Positions 29,382 to 39,809 of a DNA stretch of 64,000 nt are shown in pieces. Source of the stretch: Methanomassiliicoccales archaeon PtaU1.Bin124 (GTDB lineage: Archaea; Thermoplasmatota; Thermoplasmata; Methanomassiliicoccales; UBA472). Position numbers and translations under genes: made by a program. Within the stretch, counting starts at the first letter, position 1. Each line of letters begins with the position of its first letter. The DNA lies in NCBI GenBank assembly GCA_002067865.1, contig MVRC01000012.1, forward strand, positions 166,474 through 230,473. The letters run 5' to 3'. The notes under the pieces were generated by a model. The model had not been told where the DNA came from. It made no database searches and saw only the letters and a list, made by a program, of their open reading frames with translations.

Positions 29382-30356
29382 TCATTTCCTGACGAAGTCC
29401 TTGGGCACCTCTACCTTGGACATGATCTCGGCCAGCACTCCTTCCGGACGGACATTGGACTCGATCTCGTACTCCATTTTCAGGATTATGCGGTGGCTCA
29501 GCGCATCGACGGCGAACAGCTTCACATCGTCCGGGGTGACGAAGTCCCGGCCCATCATGGCCGCGTGCGCCCTCGACACCTTCAGCAATGCCAGTGCGCC
29601 CCTGGGACTGGAACCGACCTCCACCGCCACATGGTCCCTGGTGGCCCGGACGACCGTGGAGATGTACGTCAGGATGGTCTCGTCCACGTAGATGCCGTTC
29701 TCGACCGTCCTCTGCATCTCGGTGAACTGCTCCTGGGTGACGGCCGATGGCAGCGATGAGACCGGGTCGTCAGAGCGCCACTTGATGCGGCGGCGCAGGA
29801 TCTCGCTCTCCAGATCGACCGATTTCACATATCCAGTGGCTAATTTCAAAAGGAAACGGTCCATCTGCGCCTCGGGCAGAGGGAACGTACCTTCCTGCTC
29901 GATGGGGTTCTGCGTGGCCATGACGAAGTAGGGGTCGGTCAGTTTGTACGTGGTCCCTTCGATCGTGACCTGCCTTTCCTCCATGGCTTCCAGCAAGGCC
30001 GATTGGGTCTTCGGAGGGGAACGGTTGATCTCGTCGGCCAGGAGGATGTTGGTGAAGATCGGCCCGCGTTCAAAGATGAAGTCCGAGGTCTGCGGCCTCC
30101 AGATGCGGTTGCCGAGGATGTCGACCGGCATGATGTCCGGTGTGAACTGCACCCTCTTCCAGCCGCACCCGGTCGCCTTGGCGAAGACCTTCGCCAGCAA
30201 CGTCTTTCCCAGGCCAGGGTTGTCCTCGAACAGCACGTGGCCGTTCGCCAACGCGGCCGCCAGTAGCTTGCGCAGCAACAGTTCCTCTCCCACGAAGATG
30301 CTGCCAGTCGTCTCCAGGATCCGGTTGGCGTTCTGATTGAACTCATTCAGCTCCAC
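29382..30356 (-). CDS. moxR: MoxR-family AAA+ ATPase
   Basis: GHVLFEDNPGLGKT, RVQFTPD, LLADEINR.PPKTQSALLEAM, ATQNPIE, PLPEAQMDRF. Confidence 0.97.
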   Translation of the reverse strand: MELNEFNQNANRILETTGSIFVGEELLLRKLLAAALANGHVLFEDNPGLGKTLLAKVFAKATGCGWKRVQFTPDIMPVDILGNRIWRPQTSDFIFERGPIFTNILLADEINRSPPKTQSALLEAMEERQVTIEGTTYKLTDPYFVMATQNPIEQEGTFPLPEAQMDRFLLKLATGYVKSVDLESEILRRRIKWRSDDPVSSLPSAVTQEQFTEMQRTVENGIYVDETILTYISTVVRATRDHVAVEVGSSPRGALALLKVSRAHAAMMGRDFVTPDDVKLFAVDALSHRIILKMEYEIESNVRPEGVLAEIMSKVEVPKDFVRK

Positions 30357-30366
30357 TTGTTCACCT

Positions 30367-31530
30367 TCAGATCTTCTCTCTCGTCTCCTCGATGTTGTGT
30401 GAAAGGTAATCGGCCTTCATGGCCTTGGCCGCGTTCTGCAGCACGTCGATGACCACGCCGGTCCGCTCCTTCTGATAGGACCGCTGGACGTCCCCCCTGG
30501 TCCAGATGGGATAGAGGTCCTTCGTGTAGGTGGTATAGATGACCAGGCGGTGGATGGCCTCGGATATCTGCTCGTCCTTGACGCCATTCATTTGCATGGT
30601 CTTGACGATCTGGACCAGGAACGGTTCCTTACGCCCATAGACTACGAACTCGTCCACCGCCTCACGCACGGCCTTCATGTCGCCCCGGTCGCGCATGACC
30701 GACTGCACCAGAAGCCCCCAGTCGCCCATGGTCTCCCTGTGGCTCCCCTTCCTCAGCCAGCGGAGGGTGTAGAAGAGGATGACCGCAGCGACGACGATAA
30801 GGACGATCCACTCGGCCATGGTGGCGTTGGTGGCTGCCTGTCCTTCCCAATCGGGCCGTACGATGAAGAAGTAGATCGATATGGCCAGGGCGATGATGCA
30901 CAGAACCACCTTGTGGACGAGGGATGCCATCCACTTTCCCAGCAATGCCACGGTCTCGTTGCTGTGCTTCTCGAACAGCGCCAGTAAAGATATAACGGCC
31001 ACGATGGTCATGGCCACCAGCGGGGCGATGCTCCTGGCCAGGCTGTAATTGTAGTAGAGCAGGAAGAGCGAGACCACGGCCCCGACGGCCACGATGGCCG
31101 CGGCCTGCAGCACGGTCGAGGGGGTCGGCCGCCTCTCCCGCACCATGCTGTCGGCGCTGAGGGTGATGCCGATCAGCAAGGCCGGAATGGCCGCCGCATC
31201 GGCGTTCAGGTTCAGCACCTTCGGAGAACCGACGATGAAGAATGCCAGGAAGACGAAGAGGGACAACGTCGAGAACGCCTCCGAGACCCGGTAGGCCGTC
31301 TCGCCGCCGAAGAACACGCTGAACATGTAGCTGGCGTATGTCATGATGAGGAAGACGACCAGCGGGAACCACAGCTGCTGGAACTCCTTGACGTCCAGGT
31401 CGCTGAAGTAGTTGACCATGATGAACTGCAGCACGACCAGGGCGATGATCAGGTAGAGGGTCAGGAACACTCCCCTCATCCAGAGCGGCCTCGGCCTCTT
31501 CTCTTCATATTCGCGATGGAAAATGTTCAC
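30367..31530 (-). CDS. Multi-TM membrane protein of MoxR operon
   Basis: About 8 TM segments plus cytoplasmic tail; GTG start overlaps upstream TGA (GTGA). Confidence 0.8.
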   Translation of the reverse strand: MNIFHREYEEKRPRPLWMRGVFLTLYLIIALVVLQFIMVNYFSDLDVKEFQQLWFPLVVFLIMTYASYMFSVFFGGETAYRVSEAFSTLSLFVFLAFFIVGSPKVLNLNADAAAIPALLIGITLSADSMVRERRPTPSTVLQAAAIVAVGAVVSLFLLYYNYSLARSIAPLVAMTIVAVISLLALFEKHSNETVALLGKWMASLVHKVVLCIIALAISIYFFIVRPDWEGQAATNATMAEWIVLIVVAAVILFYTLRWLRKGSHRETMGDWGLLVQSVMRDRGDMKAVREAVDEFVVYGRKEPFLVQIVKTMQMNGVKDEQISEAIHRLVIYTTYTKDLYPIWTRGDVQRSYQKERTGVVIDVLQNAAKAMKADYLSHNIEETREKI

Positions 31531-34500
31531 TGCGTCACGTCCTTGAATGCCTTCCAGGCCGTCTCGTACTCCGCCCTGCCGATGGGGTGGTGGCTGTACT
31601 CGGCCAGCTCGAACATGCGCACCAGTTCGTCCAACGACCTCTCGGGCAGCGTCCCCTTCAGACGGTAGTACAGCTCGCGGGCGCACATGCCATCGGTGAT
31701 GCCCGGGTCCTTCTCCTTCCAGATGGCCAATGCCTGCTGGAACAGCGAGACGACCTCCTCGCGGTAATCCACCGCACGCAGGAGCCCCTCGGTCCTTTCC
31801 CCGGCAGTTACGGCGGTGAGCATGTACTCTCCTCTGGGGTAGGCCTTCTCGATGCTCTTCGGTCCATCCTTGAGATCGAAGCTCTCGGAGGTGCCGTCGC
31901 CCAGATCGATGCGGGATGGTCCTGGCTGTCCTTTTACGATGAGCAAGAGCGGGTCGTCCTCCCTCCAGACCAGCGGCATGCCCTCGGCGTTGCCGAGTGA
32001 GAACGATATCTTGTCGCTGGTCATCAGGGCTGGACGGACCGGTTCGGCGGACGCCGATGCTGCCGTTTCCTCCCTCTTTTCCTTCCAGTGGCTGCGCAGG
32101 CCGTATGCTGCGACCGCCCCGATGCCGATGACCACGAACGGCAGAAGGATGAGGTAGTCGAACGGTTTGGCGCTTATGGTTATGGATCTGCTGGTGGATG
32201 CGTAGAGCGCGTTGCCATCATAGTCAAGGGTGGCAGTGTAACTGGTCCCGCGGTCGATAGGGATGATCGTCTTTCCGTTGTTGTCGGTGACGAACGACGT
32301 CCGTCCGGACGGGGTCTCGAACCAGATGGTCTGGTCTCTGAGGGGCTCATTGTTCTCGGCCAGGAGGGTCACCTTGAGAGTTCTTTCATCCTCATCGATC
32401 TCCAGCATGGGTCGGGAGAGAAGTGTCAACGAGATGGACGATACTGGGTTGCCGGCGAACCTCACCTCGCATGAACGTTCACCTGGCAACAGGTCTGAAG
32501 GGACGATGACCGTGCTTGTGAAGCTCCCATCCGTCTCGGTCCAAAATTCGATGGCCGCATCCGGTCCCAGGGCGATCGAGATGTTCCCTATCCCTGGCGT
32601 CATGGGACCGATGGTCAGCGCACCAGACAATGTGTTCATCTCCCCGATCACCAGGACATCGGTGTAGACGGTCAGTTCGCGATCATAGGCCGTCACCGGC
32701 CAATCCAGCATGGCAGTGGACCAGTCGTTGGAACCATAATAGGTAGCATCGATCCAGATCCGTCCACTGCCGGTGAAGTACATTGGCACTAGGGCGATAC
32801 CCTTTTCATCGGTCGTGGCCGAGACCGTTGTGCCAAGATATTGGAGATGAACCTCCTCGCCTGCGATGGGCGTGTGGGTGCCATATTCAAACAAATTGAT
32901 CGGAACCATGACCGTCTTGTTGGTCTCGTACATCGAGTCTCCGGCCTCGAGGTATGATGTGCCCTTCACACGAACGACCGGGTCGCTGTCCGAACCGGCG
33001 AAGAGGTCATTGCCTATGGTCCTTACGATGATATTGAAGTTGCCGAACGGTGCGTCGAGCGGTACGTGGCATCTGACAGCGCATGTACCAGTGGTGATCA
33101 CGCCTGCCCCGATCAGGATGCCGTTACGGTAATCCTTGTCCGGAGAGAGATATGCCAAGGCCCTCAGGCCATTTGCTGAGACGGTGGAGTTGATCAGCAC
33201 ATAGATATTGTACGAAATGCCGCGCGATATCTCATCGTCGAAAAAATACAGCGTTGTGTTGGTGGCATAAGGCACGAAATCCGGCCTGTATAGACCAAAA
33301 TTCACATCCCTAAGAGAATAAACGTCATTGAAAAGACCATAGGAAATTACGTTGCTCGTCCACCCGTCCGGCACATCTATCCAGATCGTGCAGTTGACCA
33401 TGGTCACGTCCGTAGAAAAGGAGAATGCACCGCTCGGACCGGTCGTTCGGGTGGTCTCATAGGTGCCAGTGGTCCCATTGCAGAACATATGGACGACCAC
33501 GCCCTCCATCCCGTTCTCGTTGGCATCGCGGCCGCCGTCATGATCCTTATCATAGTATACGACGCCCCAAGGCTCCGATGCGGAGTTGTCGAGCAAGGGG
33601 ATCTCGATCTCATACGAGCTCATCGTGCCGTCGATGGCCCGCCATTGCTGGACATAGGTCGTTTTCATGGTATTGTTGTCCTCGCAATATCCATGGATGA
33701 AATATTCGCCAGGCAGGACATAGGGGATGTAAAAATAACCCGTTTCATTAGCGATCGCTTCATAACGCTGGGTCGCATTATCTAGGTAGATCCAGGCGTA
33801 AGGTGCATTTTTTTCGTAAAAGTCGCGTACCCCGTCCCTATCTGCATCTATGAAGCAGTAACCAGACAGACGACAGGTCGTCGGAGTAACGACGGGATCG
33901 TCCTGACCTCCATCGTTGCTCCCATTGTCTCCGCTGATCGAATCGGAGGTGGATGTGAGCGGGGTTGGATTTACTGTCATCCAGCCTGTCTCTGGGAAGT
34001 ACACCTCGGCGTAATAGAACTTGTTCGTGATGCTGCCCAGATCGATATACTGGGTGGTGACGTTGGCGTTGATGTGATATCCCTGGACCAATCGGGCCGG
34101 GACGTTGGCCATGCGTGACAGCAGAACGAACGCCGTCGCGAACGTCAGTGAGTTGCCATCGGCATTTCCGTTCAGGAATGCGGTCAGCAATTGGTCGCCG
34201 GTCAGGTTCTGGCCGTTCTTGTTCTTCGAAGAATAAGTATGTTCCGAGATGTTCTGACAGATCTTCTTGACCATCTGGTAGGGGTCCTCCACTCTGCCGA
34301 TCGCGTCCAAACGGTAGGTCAAGGAATATTGCAGGTCTTCAGGCACGTCCATGTAGCCATCCAGATCGATCAGTGTGAGATCTTTCAGCAGCCTTTCATC
34401 GAACTCCTGGACCACATAATGAAGGAAGATGCTGCCATTCACCCTGCCATTGGCCCCCACCATGTCATACATATCAGATTGCAGCAGCGCTCCAGTGGTG

Positions 34501-34901
34501 CTGGTCGCGTTATACAAATTCTTGAACGTGGGCAACCATCCGGAGACCGGTCCGGAGAGGGAGAACGTCACGTTGACATAGGTCTTGTTCGACAGGGTGG
34601 ATAACCGTTCTGCCAGGCCATCGAGGGCGCCGATGTCCCCCTTATCGATGGTCCATGAACCATCGATGTAGTTGGTAAAGACCCTCTGCCGGACATACGA
34701 GGTCATCGTCTTGTTGTTGACACAGATGACGACCTTCTGCTGCTCGAAATTCGTCTCGTTCCCAACCTTGGGAGAACCGCCGATGTTGAGCCAGGAGAGG
34801 TCGACCCCCGCCGGTGAGACGCGCTGGAACGCGCCGAAAAGCGTGGTGACCATTAGCGTGGCCACTATCACTATCGCCACCGACTTGACCAGCAGCTTCA
34901 A
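31527..34901 (-). CDS. Large surface protein: inactive transglutaminase domain, SdrD B-like and Ig repeats, TM, DUF4129-like tail
   Basis: GNSLTFATA...RMANVPARLVQGY...FYYAEVY...GWMTVNPTP; DADRDG and DKDHDG loops; C-terminal FELAEYS. Confidence 0.85.
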   Translation of the reverse strand: MKLLVKSVAIVIVATLMVTTLFGAFQRVSPAGVDLSWLNIGGSPKVGNETNFEQQKVVICVNNKTMTSYVRQRVFTNYIDGSWTIDKGDIGALDGLAERLSTLSNKTYVNVTFSLSGPVSGWLPTFKNLYNATSTTGALLQSDMYDMVGANGRVNGSIFLHYVVQEFDERLLKDLTLIDLDGYMDVPEDLQYSLTYRLDAIGRVEDPYQMVKKICQNISEHTYSSKNKNGQNLTGDQLLTAFLNGNADGNSLTFATAFVLLSRMANVPARLVQGYHINANVTTQYIDLGSITNKFYYAEVYFPETGWMTVNPTPLTSTSDSISGDNGSNDGGQDDPVVTPTTCRLSGYCFIDADRDGVRDFYEKNAPYAWIYLDNATQRYEAIANETGYFYIPYVLPGEYFIHGYCEDNNTMKTTYVQQWRAIDGTMSSYEIEIPLLDNSASEPWGVVYYDKDHDGGRDANENGMEGVVVHMFCNGTTGTYETTRTTGPSGAFSFSTDVTMVNCTIWIDVPDGWTSNVISYGLFNDVYSLRDVNFGLYRPDFVPYATNTTLYFFDDEISRGISYNIYVLINSTVSANGLRALAYLSPDKDYRNGILIGAGVITTGTCAVRCHVPLDAPFGNFNIIVRTIGNDLFAGSDSDPVVRVKGTSYLEAGDSMYETNKTVMVPINLFEYGTHTPIAGEEVHLQYLGTTVSATTDEKGIALVPMYFTGSGRIWIDATYYGSNDWSTAMLDWPVTAYDRELTVYTDVLVIGEMNTLSGALTIGPMTPGIGNISIALGPDAAIEFWTETDGSFTSTVIVPSDLLPGERSCEVRFAGNPVSSISLTLLSRPMLEIDEDERTLKVTLLAENNEPLRDQTIWFETPSGRTSFVTDNNGKTIIPIDRGTSYTATLDYDGNALYASTSRSITISAKPFDYLILLPFVVIGIGAVAAYGLRSHWKEKREETAASASAEPVRPALMTSDKISFSLGNAEGMPLVWREDDPLLLIVKGQPGPSRIDLGDGTSESFDLKDGPKSIEKAYPRGEYMLTAVTAGERTEGLLRAVDYREEVVSLFQQALAIWKEKDPGITDGMCARELYYRLKGTLPERSLDELVRMFELAEYSHHPIGRAEYETAWKAFKDVTQ

Positions 34902-35067
34902 CTTTTCCCCTTCTCCCCCGAGTCTTGGTTAAGTTGGGCGATTCTATTTCCATATCAGACTTTTAAACTTGCGATTGGACGGGTCGGTCGGAGAATCCGT
35001 CCTCCGGTCCGCATTGATGGTAATAAATACCTAATGCGATGTTTTTCCGACTTGGCCAGCATCTAAG

Positions 35068-35397
35068 GTGCACAGGGAATCGGTGGATGAAGTGAGCGGG
35101 GCCTTCAAGCAATGGATGGAGAGGCGTGACGCCGAGAAGGATCTGGACGACCAGCGCAGGAAGGAGGTCAAGGATGCCATCACCGCGCTGATTGGCGACG
35201 CGGGCGATTCATCGGCGGAACTGGCAGAGATCAAGGAGATGGTCAAGGAGAACCAGGTCCAGGAGGAGAGAAGGCCAGAACCTCCAAAGCTGGGCGATGA
35301 TGAGGACGATAATCATACTTGTCCGAAATGTGGCAGGGCGATGGAAGAAGGGGATGAGCGCTGCCAGTATTGCGGTGCATCATTAGCAAAAAGGTGA
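35068..35397 (+). CDS. Small coiled-coil protein with C-terminal zinc ribbon
   Basis: CPKCG...CQYCG; start uncertain. Confidence 0.7.
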   Translation: MHRESVDEVSGAFKQWMERRDAEKDLDDQRRKEVKDAITALIGDAGDSSAELAEIKEMVKENQVQEERRPEPPKLGDDEDDNHTCPKCGRAMEEGDERCQYCGASLAKR

Positions 35398-35460
35398 CAA
35401 AAATCCGTATATTCGGTGTAATCGAAAATTTTATTTTTCGCATTTGATTAATACTGGCAT

Positions 35461-35817
35461 GTGGTAAAGATTAAACAAACCAAAAATTTTTACTTTGATG
35501 GGCCCGAAGGAATTACCTATGTGGACCTCATCGCAATCCTGGCTTATGTTAAGAAAAGAGGTTCCGTTTTGGAATTGAAGGCCGTCGAGAAAAAATGGAA
35601 TTGTTTTGGTAGAAATGACGATATCTCATCTCTTCTTCGAAATGTCTCTATCGACAAAGTAGTCATCGGTCGGATTGGCGATACCGTCCATATTAAGATC
35701 GTCGATCGCCCATGGGCCGATTATCTGGCAATGAAGTTCGGTAAAGAACAACCTCATCACGGTCAACCAATTCTTGCGTCGGAAACTAGAAATCAACATA
35801 TAAAAAATTATAAGTAA
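35461..35817 (+). CDS. Hypothetical protein, AT-rich
   Basis: 118-aa ORF in a low-GC islet; no motif recognised. Confidence 0.5.
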   Translation: MVKIKQTKNFYFDGPEGITYVDLIAILAYVKKRGSVLELKAVEKKWNCFGRNDDISSLLRNVSIDKVVIGRIGDTVHIKIVDRPWADYLAMKFGKEQPHHGQPILASETRNQHIKNYK

Positions 35818-35850
35818 CTTATATTATATTTACAGTTAAGGAGACCTGGT

Positions 35851-36306
35851 ATGAGCATAGAAAAGACCACGCGGACAAGATCCGAACCCTTTGGTGGACT
35901 GATGCCTGATACGGTACAAGGTCGGGTGCTCCAAGAACTTGCGGCGGACCCCTTTTCCATGTACGCACCAAAAACAATGGCAGAACTCACCGATTGTTCT
36001 TTGATCAGCGTTTCCCGCGCGCTTAAGAAACTGGAGACCAAAGGGCTTCTATCAAACGTTTCAAAAGATAAGCAACATCCCATGTTTATCGTTCGGGAGG
36101 GTTCACGGGTCATCAACGCATTGATCTTCCTTTCATTGGCCTGGCAGGATGATATGGATGGGACTGATCTGATGGATGAGGGCGTCAGAGACTATGCAAA
36201 AAACAGTCTGGACATGAGAGTTGTCAGGAAGGGTGACATCTCATCGGCCAGGAGGGAAGAGGGCCACACCATAACACCTGCCCTTAGGAGATCAAGGCCA
36301 TCATGA
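35851..36306 (+). CDS. Winged-helix DNA-binding protein
   Basis: PKTMAELTDCSLISVSRALKKLETKGLL HTH. Confidence 0.75.
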   Translation: MSIEKTTRTRSEPFGGLMPDTVQGRVLQELAADPFSMYAPKTMAELTDCSLISVSRALKKLETKGLLSNVSKDKQHPMFIVREGSRVINALIFLSLAWQDDMDGTDLMDEGVRDYAKNSLDMRVVRKGDISSARREEGHTITPALRRSRPS

Positions 36307-36367
36307 TATTCTCCGCCTTCAACAAAATCTGACAAAACCTTATCTATCCAGCTTCCTTTCTTCTCTC

Positions 36368-39300
36368 ATGGCCTCGTCCAGACGTGTTGCCGGGCGAATG
36401 ATGTTATTCCTTGGTTCTTTGATCTTCATCGCGGTCCTGTGCTCCACCCAGGCGGCGGGCGCCCAGGCCGGGTCGGATAAGGTCCTGGCGAACACCTGGA
36501 CGATCATGGTCTATCTGGATGGGGACAACAATCTGGAAGAGGACGCCATCGGCGACTTCTTGGAGATGGCCACGGCCCCCACCACGGACAATGTGAACAT
36601 CGTCGTACAGATGGACCGGATCGAGGGCTTCGATACCAGCTATGGGGATTGGACCGGCACCATGAGGTTCCATGTCACCTCGGGCCTGACGCCCATGCCG
36701 GACCATGCCGAAATGGACCTGGACGAAGTGAATATGGCAGACCCCGCTTCTTTGACAGACTTCATCGACTGGAGCCTGACCAACTACCCTGCGCAGAACT
36801 ACATGCTGGTCATGTGGGACCATGGCGGCAATTGGGGAGGGGTGTGCCAGGACTACTCCAGCTCGTACCAGATCATGGGCCTCACCGAGGTCAACTCTTC
36901 CTTGGCGGCAGTGAAGTCATTGCATTCCGAGTTCCATCTCACCATCCTCGGTTTCGACGCCTGCATCATGGCCGGGATGGAGATATGCGCGGAGCTGCAC
37001 CAGTATACGGATTATTTCATCTTCTCGGAGCTGAACGAGCCCGGGTATGGGTGGAACTACGAGCTCAGTCTGAACTGGCTCACCTCTAACTACGCCGCGA
37101 AGGGGGAGGCGGTCGCCACCAGGTTCGCCCTTGATTACATCGATTCGTACACCCTGCCCATCTATTACGAGGCGGAGGTCTCGATGAGCGTCGTCAACTC
37201 CAGTCATGTTCCGGAGATGATGACCTCGCTCGACGCGCTGGCAAAGAACATGTCCGCTTCCGCCAGCGCCTATCACAATTACATCTCCGCCAGCCGTTCG
37301 TACGGGCTATTCCTCAGCAGCAATGTCGACCTTTTGATGTTCGCAGAGGCGATGAGGGACAACTGCCTGGACAGCTCGCTGCACCAGAACGCGTACGATC
37401 TCTACATCGCTACATCGAAGGCCATCGTCTACAGCGGTGTCAACGACCTGCCTGGAGGTGAGGACTGCAGCGTGCTGCATGGCCTGGGCCTCTACATGCC
37501 TGCCAGCTTCTATTCCTACAACAGCGATTACGAGCTCCTCGGCTTGGCCTTGATCGCCGAGACGCATTGGGAGGAGGCGCTGCATGCCTGGTTCACCGCC
37601 GATGCCGCCAGCAACGCCGCGCCCTCGATCGCTGCCTATTCCCCCACGGCGGACCTGACGATGATCCCGGGCGACCTGCAGGCGTTCAGCGTGACCGTGA
37701 GCGATGCCGACCCGGACGCCATCCAGTACTATTGGTACCTGGACGGGGCATTGGTCCTTTCCATCCTGTCCCCGGGAGTGAACTACGGGCCTGCCGTGGA
37801 GGACATCGGGACGCACACCCTGGAAGTGGTGGTATGGGACGGTGCCGCCACGCAGGGCCATACCTGGAGCATCACCGTGGCCGCGTCGATCATCACCACT
37901 CCCACACTGACCGGAACGGCAGGACATGATGGCTGGTATCGCAGCGATGTGTCTGTCAGCTTCAGTGTGGATGACAACACCGGCTCCGGGGTCGAATTCA
38001 CCAATTACTCCCTGGACGGAGGGGCATGGACCACCTATTCCGGCTCGCTCATCATCACGGCAGAGGGGACGCATACCCTGCAATTCTTCTCTCATAGCTT
38101 CGATGGTAAGGATGAAGAGGTCCAATCCATCGTCATCAAGATCGACCAGACGATGCCCTCGATGACCGCGGAGGTCAGCACTTACAAGGTATGGCTGAAC
38201 GGCACCGATGCGGTCAGCGGCGTCTACCACATCTACTACCGCCTGGATGGAGGGTCATGGGTCATCTATCAGGGGGCGTTCCAGACCGCCTCCGGCTTCC
38301 ATCACGCCCTCGATTTCTATGTTGAGGACTATGGTGGTAACATCATCGCCACCGCCACGATCGAGTTCGGAACGAACGACTCCATGACCCCGACCTCCGG
38401 CCATACCATCACCAACCCCACCGGCAGCGATGGATGGTACGTCATCGCGCCGAACGTCTGGCTGACCGGTTCGGACGATGGCGGTTCTGGTCTCAAGGGG
38501 ATCTATTACAGCATCGCCGGAGGGGCCTGGACCAAATACACAGCCATGGTCACGATCAACGTGCAGGGGACGGTGCAGTTCCGCTACTACGCGGTCGACA
38601 ACTTCGGCAACACCGAGGGAGTGCATTCCTTCACGGTAAAAGTGGACACCGTCGACCCGGAGACGCATCTGTTCGAGATGACCGGATTCTCCTATGGGTG
38701 GGGGAATGCCACCTCGACATATGCGGTGATCCCGGAGGATGTCACTTCCGGACCCGCCTCCACCTATTATCGCATCGATAACGGCACATGGACTCCGTAC
38801 ACCGCCCCGCTCTCCTTCGACCAGGATGGGGTCTTCTTCATCGAGTTCTATGCGGTGGACGCGGCCGGGAACGTGGGTCCGATCGTGAACGTGACATTGA
38901 GGTTCGATGTCACATCACCAGATTGCTATACCGTCATCGAAGGGCGTACCGATTCGGTCGGGACGTACCTCGATCTGGTCAACGTGACATTGGTGGGAAG
39001 CGATGTCGGCAGCGGCGTGGCCGGTTACGAGGTGAGCCTGGACGGCGGAGACTGGCAGCAATGCGGTGCCAAGTTCGATCTGGAGCTGGCGAACGGCACT
39101 CACTTGCTGCTCTACCGAGCCATCGATATCACTGGCAATACCGGCGCCACCGGATCGACGACCTTCACCCTGGTGCATCCGACCGACCCCGCCCCGGTGG
39201 ACGACCTGAAGGTGGAGGCGAAGGACGGCAATCTGGTCCTCACCTGGACCGCGCCGGACAATGGCGGAACGCCGATCACCGCTTACGTCATCTACCGCTC

Positions 39301-39559
39301 CACTGACAGTGGCGTGATGGTGCTGTATGACGTGACCACCAATACGACTTACACGGACCGGAACGTGGAGCAGGAGAAGGAGTACACCTACCAGGTCGTG
39401 GCCGCCAACATCATCAACACCAGCATATCGTCCAATTCCGCCTTGGGGAAGGTGCCGAAGCCCAGCGCGATCGGTCTGGACATAATACTGATATTGCTCG
39501 TCGTGGTCGCAGCGATCGTCACGGCGGTGTTATTGTTACGTGTAAGGAGAAAGATGTGA
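36368..39559 (+). CDS. Cell-anchored clostripain (C11) protease with Ig/OmpL47-like repeats and FN3
   Basis: WTIMVYLDGDNNLE, WDHGG (His), GFDAC (Cys); repeated GWY...YSLDGG.W..Y; FN3 LTWTAP.NGG.PI; C-terminal TM plus RRK. Confidence 0.92.
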   Translation: MASSRRVAGRMMLFLGSLIFIAVLCSTQAAGAQAGSDKVLANTWTIMVYLDGDNNLEEDAIGDFLEMATAPTTDNVNIVVQMDRIEGFDTSYGDWTGTMRFHVTSGLTPMPDHAEMDLDEVNMADPASLTDFIDWSLTNYPAQNYMLVMWDHGGNWGGVCQDYSSSYQIMGLTEVNSSLAAVKSLHSEFHLTILGFDACIMAGMEICAELHQYTDYFIFSELNEPGYGWNYELSLNWLTSNYAAKGEAVATRFALDYIDSYTLPIYYEAEVSMSVVNSSHVPEMMTSLDALAKNMSASASAYHNYISASRSYGLFLSSNVDLLMFAEAMRDNCLDSSLHQNAYDLYIATSKAIVYSGVNDLPGGEDCSVLHGLGLYMPASFYSYNSDYELLGLALIAETHWEEALHAWFTADAASNAAPSIAAYSPTADLTMIPGDLQAFSVTVSDADPDAIQYYWYLDGALVLSILSPGVNYGPAVEDIGTHTLEVVVWDGAATQGHTWSITVAASIITTPTLTGTAGHDGWYRSDVSVSFSVDDNTGSGVEFTNYSLDGGAWTTYSGSLIITAEGTHTLQFFSHSFDGKDEEVQSIVIKIDQTMPSMTAEVSTYKVWLNGTDAVSGVYHIYYRLDGGSWVIYQGAFQTASGFHHALDFYVEDYGGNIIATATIEFGTNDSMTPTSGHTITNPTGSDGWYVIAPNVWLTGSDDGGSGLKGIYYSIAGGAWTKYTAMVTINVQGTVQFRYYAVDNFGNTEGVHSFTVKVDTVDPETHLFEMTGFSYGWGNATSTYAVIPEDVTSGPASTYYRIDNGTWTPYTAPLSFDQDGVFFIEFYAVDAAGNVGPIVNVTLRFDVTSPDCYTVIEGRTDSVGTYLDLVNVTLVGSDVGSGVAGYEVSLDGGDWQQCGAKFDLELANGTHLLLYRAIDITGNTGATGSTTFTLVHPTDPAPVDDLKVEAKDGNLVLTWTAPDNGGTPITAYVIYRSTDSGVMVLYDVTTNTTYTDRNVEQEKEYTYQVVAANIINTSISSNSALGKVPKPSAIGLDIILILLVVVAAIVTAVLLLRVRRKM

Positions 39560-39589
39560 GAGTTCCTTGATGGTCACCTTAGATACGAT

Positions 39590-39799
39590 ATGGCCAGATC
39601 GGTCGCTCCCTTCCGAGATGAACCTAGAATGAAGGAGGGATTGAGCAATATCAAAGAGAAATTCTCTACCATCAATTCCTTTGGTCCGGCGTGGGTTGGA
39701 GAGTTCATGGCTTCTGCTGACCCTCAGATGAAACGGAGACACCAAGCGGACTCCTTCGTTTTGGTCAGACAGTTCATCGACCATCTGGATAAGTTATGA
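39590..39799 (+). pseudogene. Probable C-terminal gene remnant, recalled resemblance to nucleotidyltransferase-like toxin C-termini
   Basis: KEGLSNIKEKF...GPAWVGEF pattern; lower GC; no RBS; resemblance from memory only. Confidence 0.3.
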
Positions 39800-39809
39800 G
39801 TTCCCAAAA

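Noticed and set aside
26178-34901. GTPase pair as part of the MoxR operon (ternary vWA-MoxR conflict system)
   Set aside because: The GTPase has its own TATA box and a 97-bp gap, and the MoxR is the ordinary DUF58-linked type; a functional link is unsupported though not excluded.
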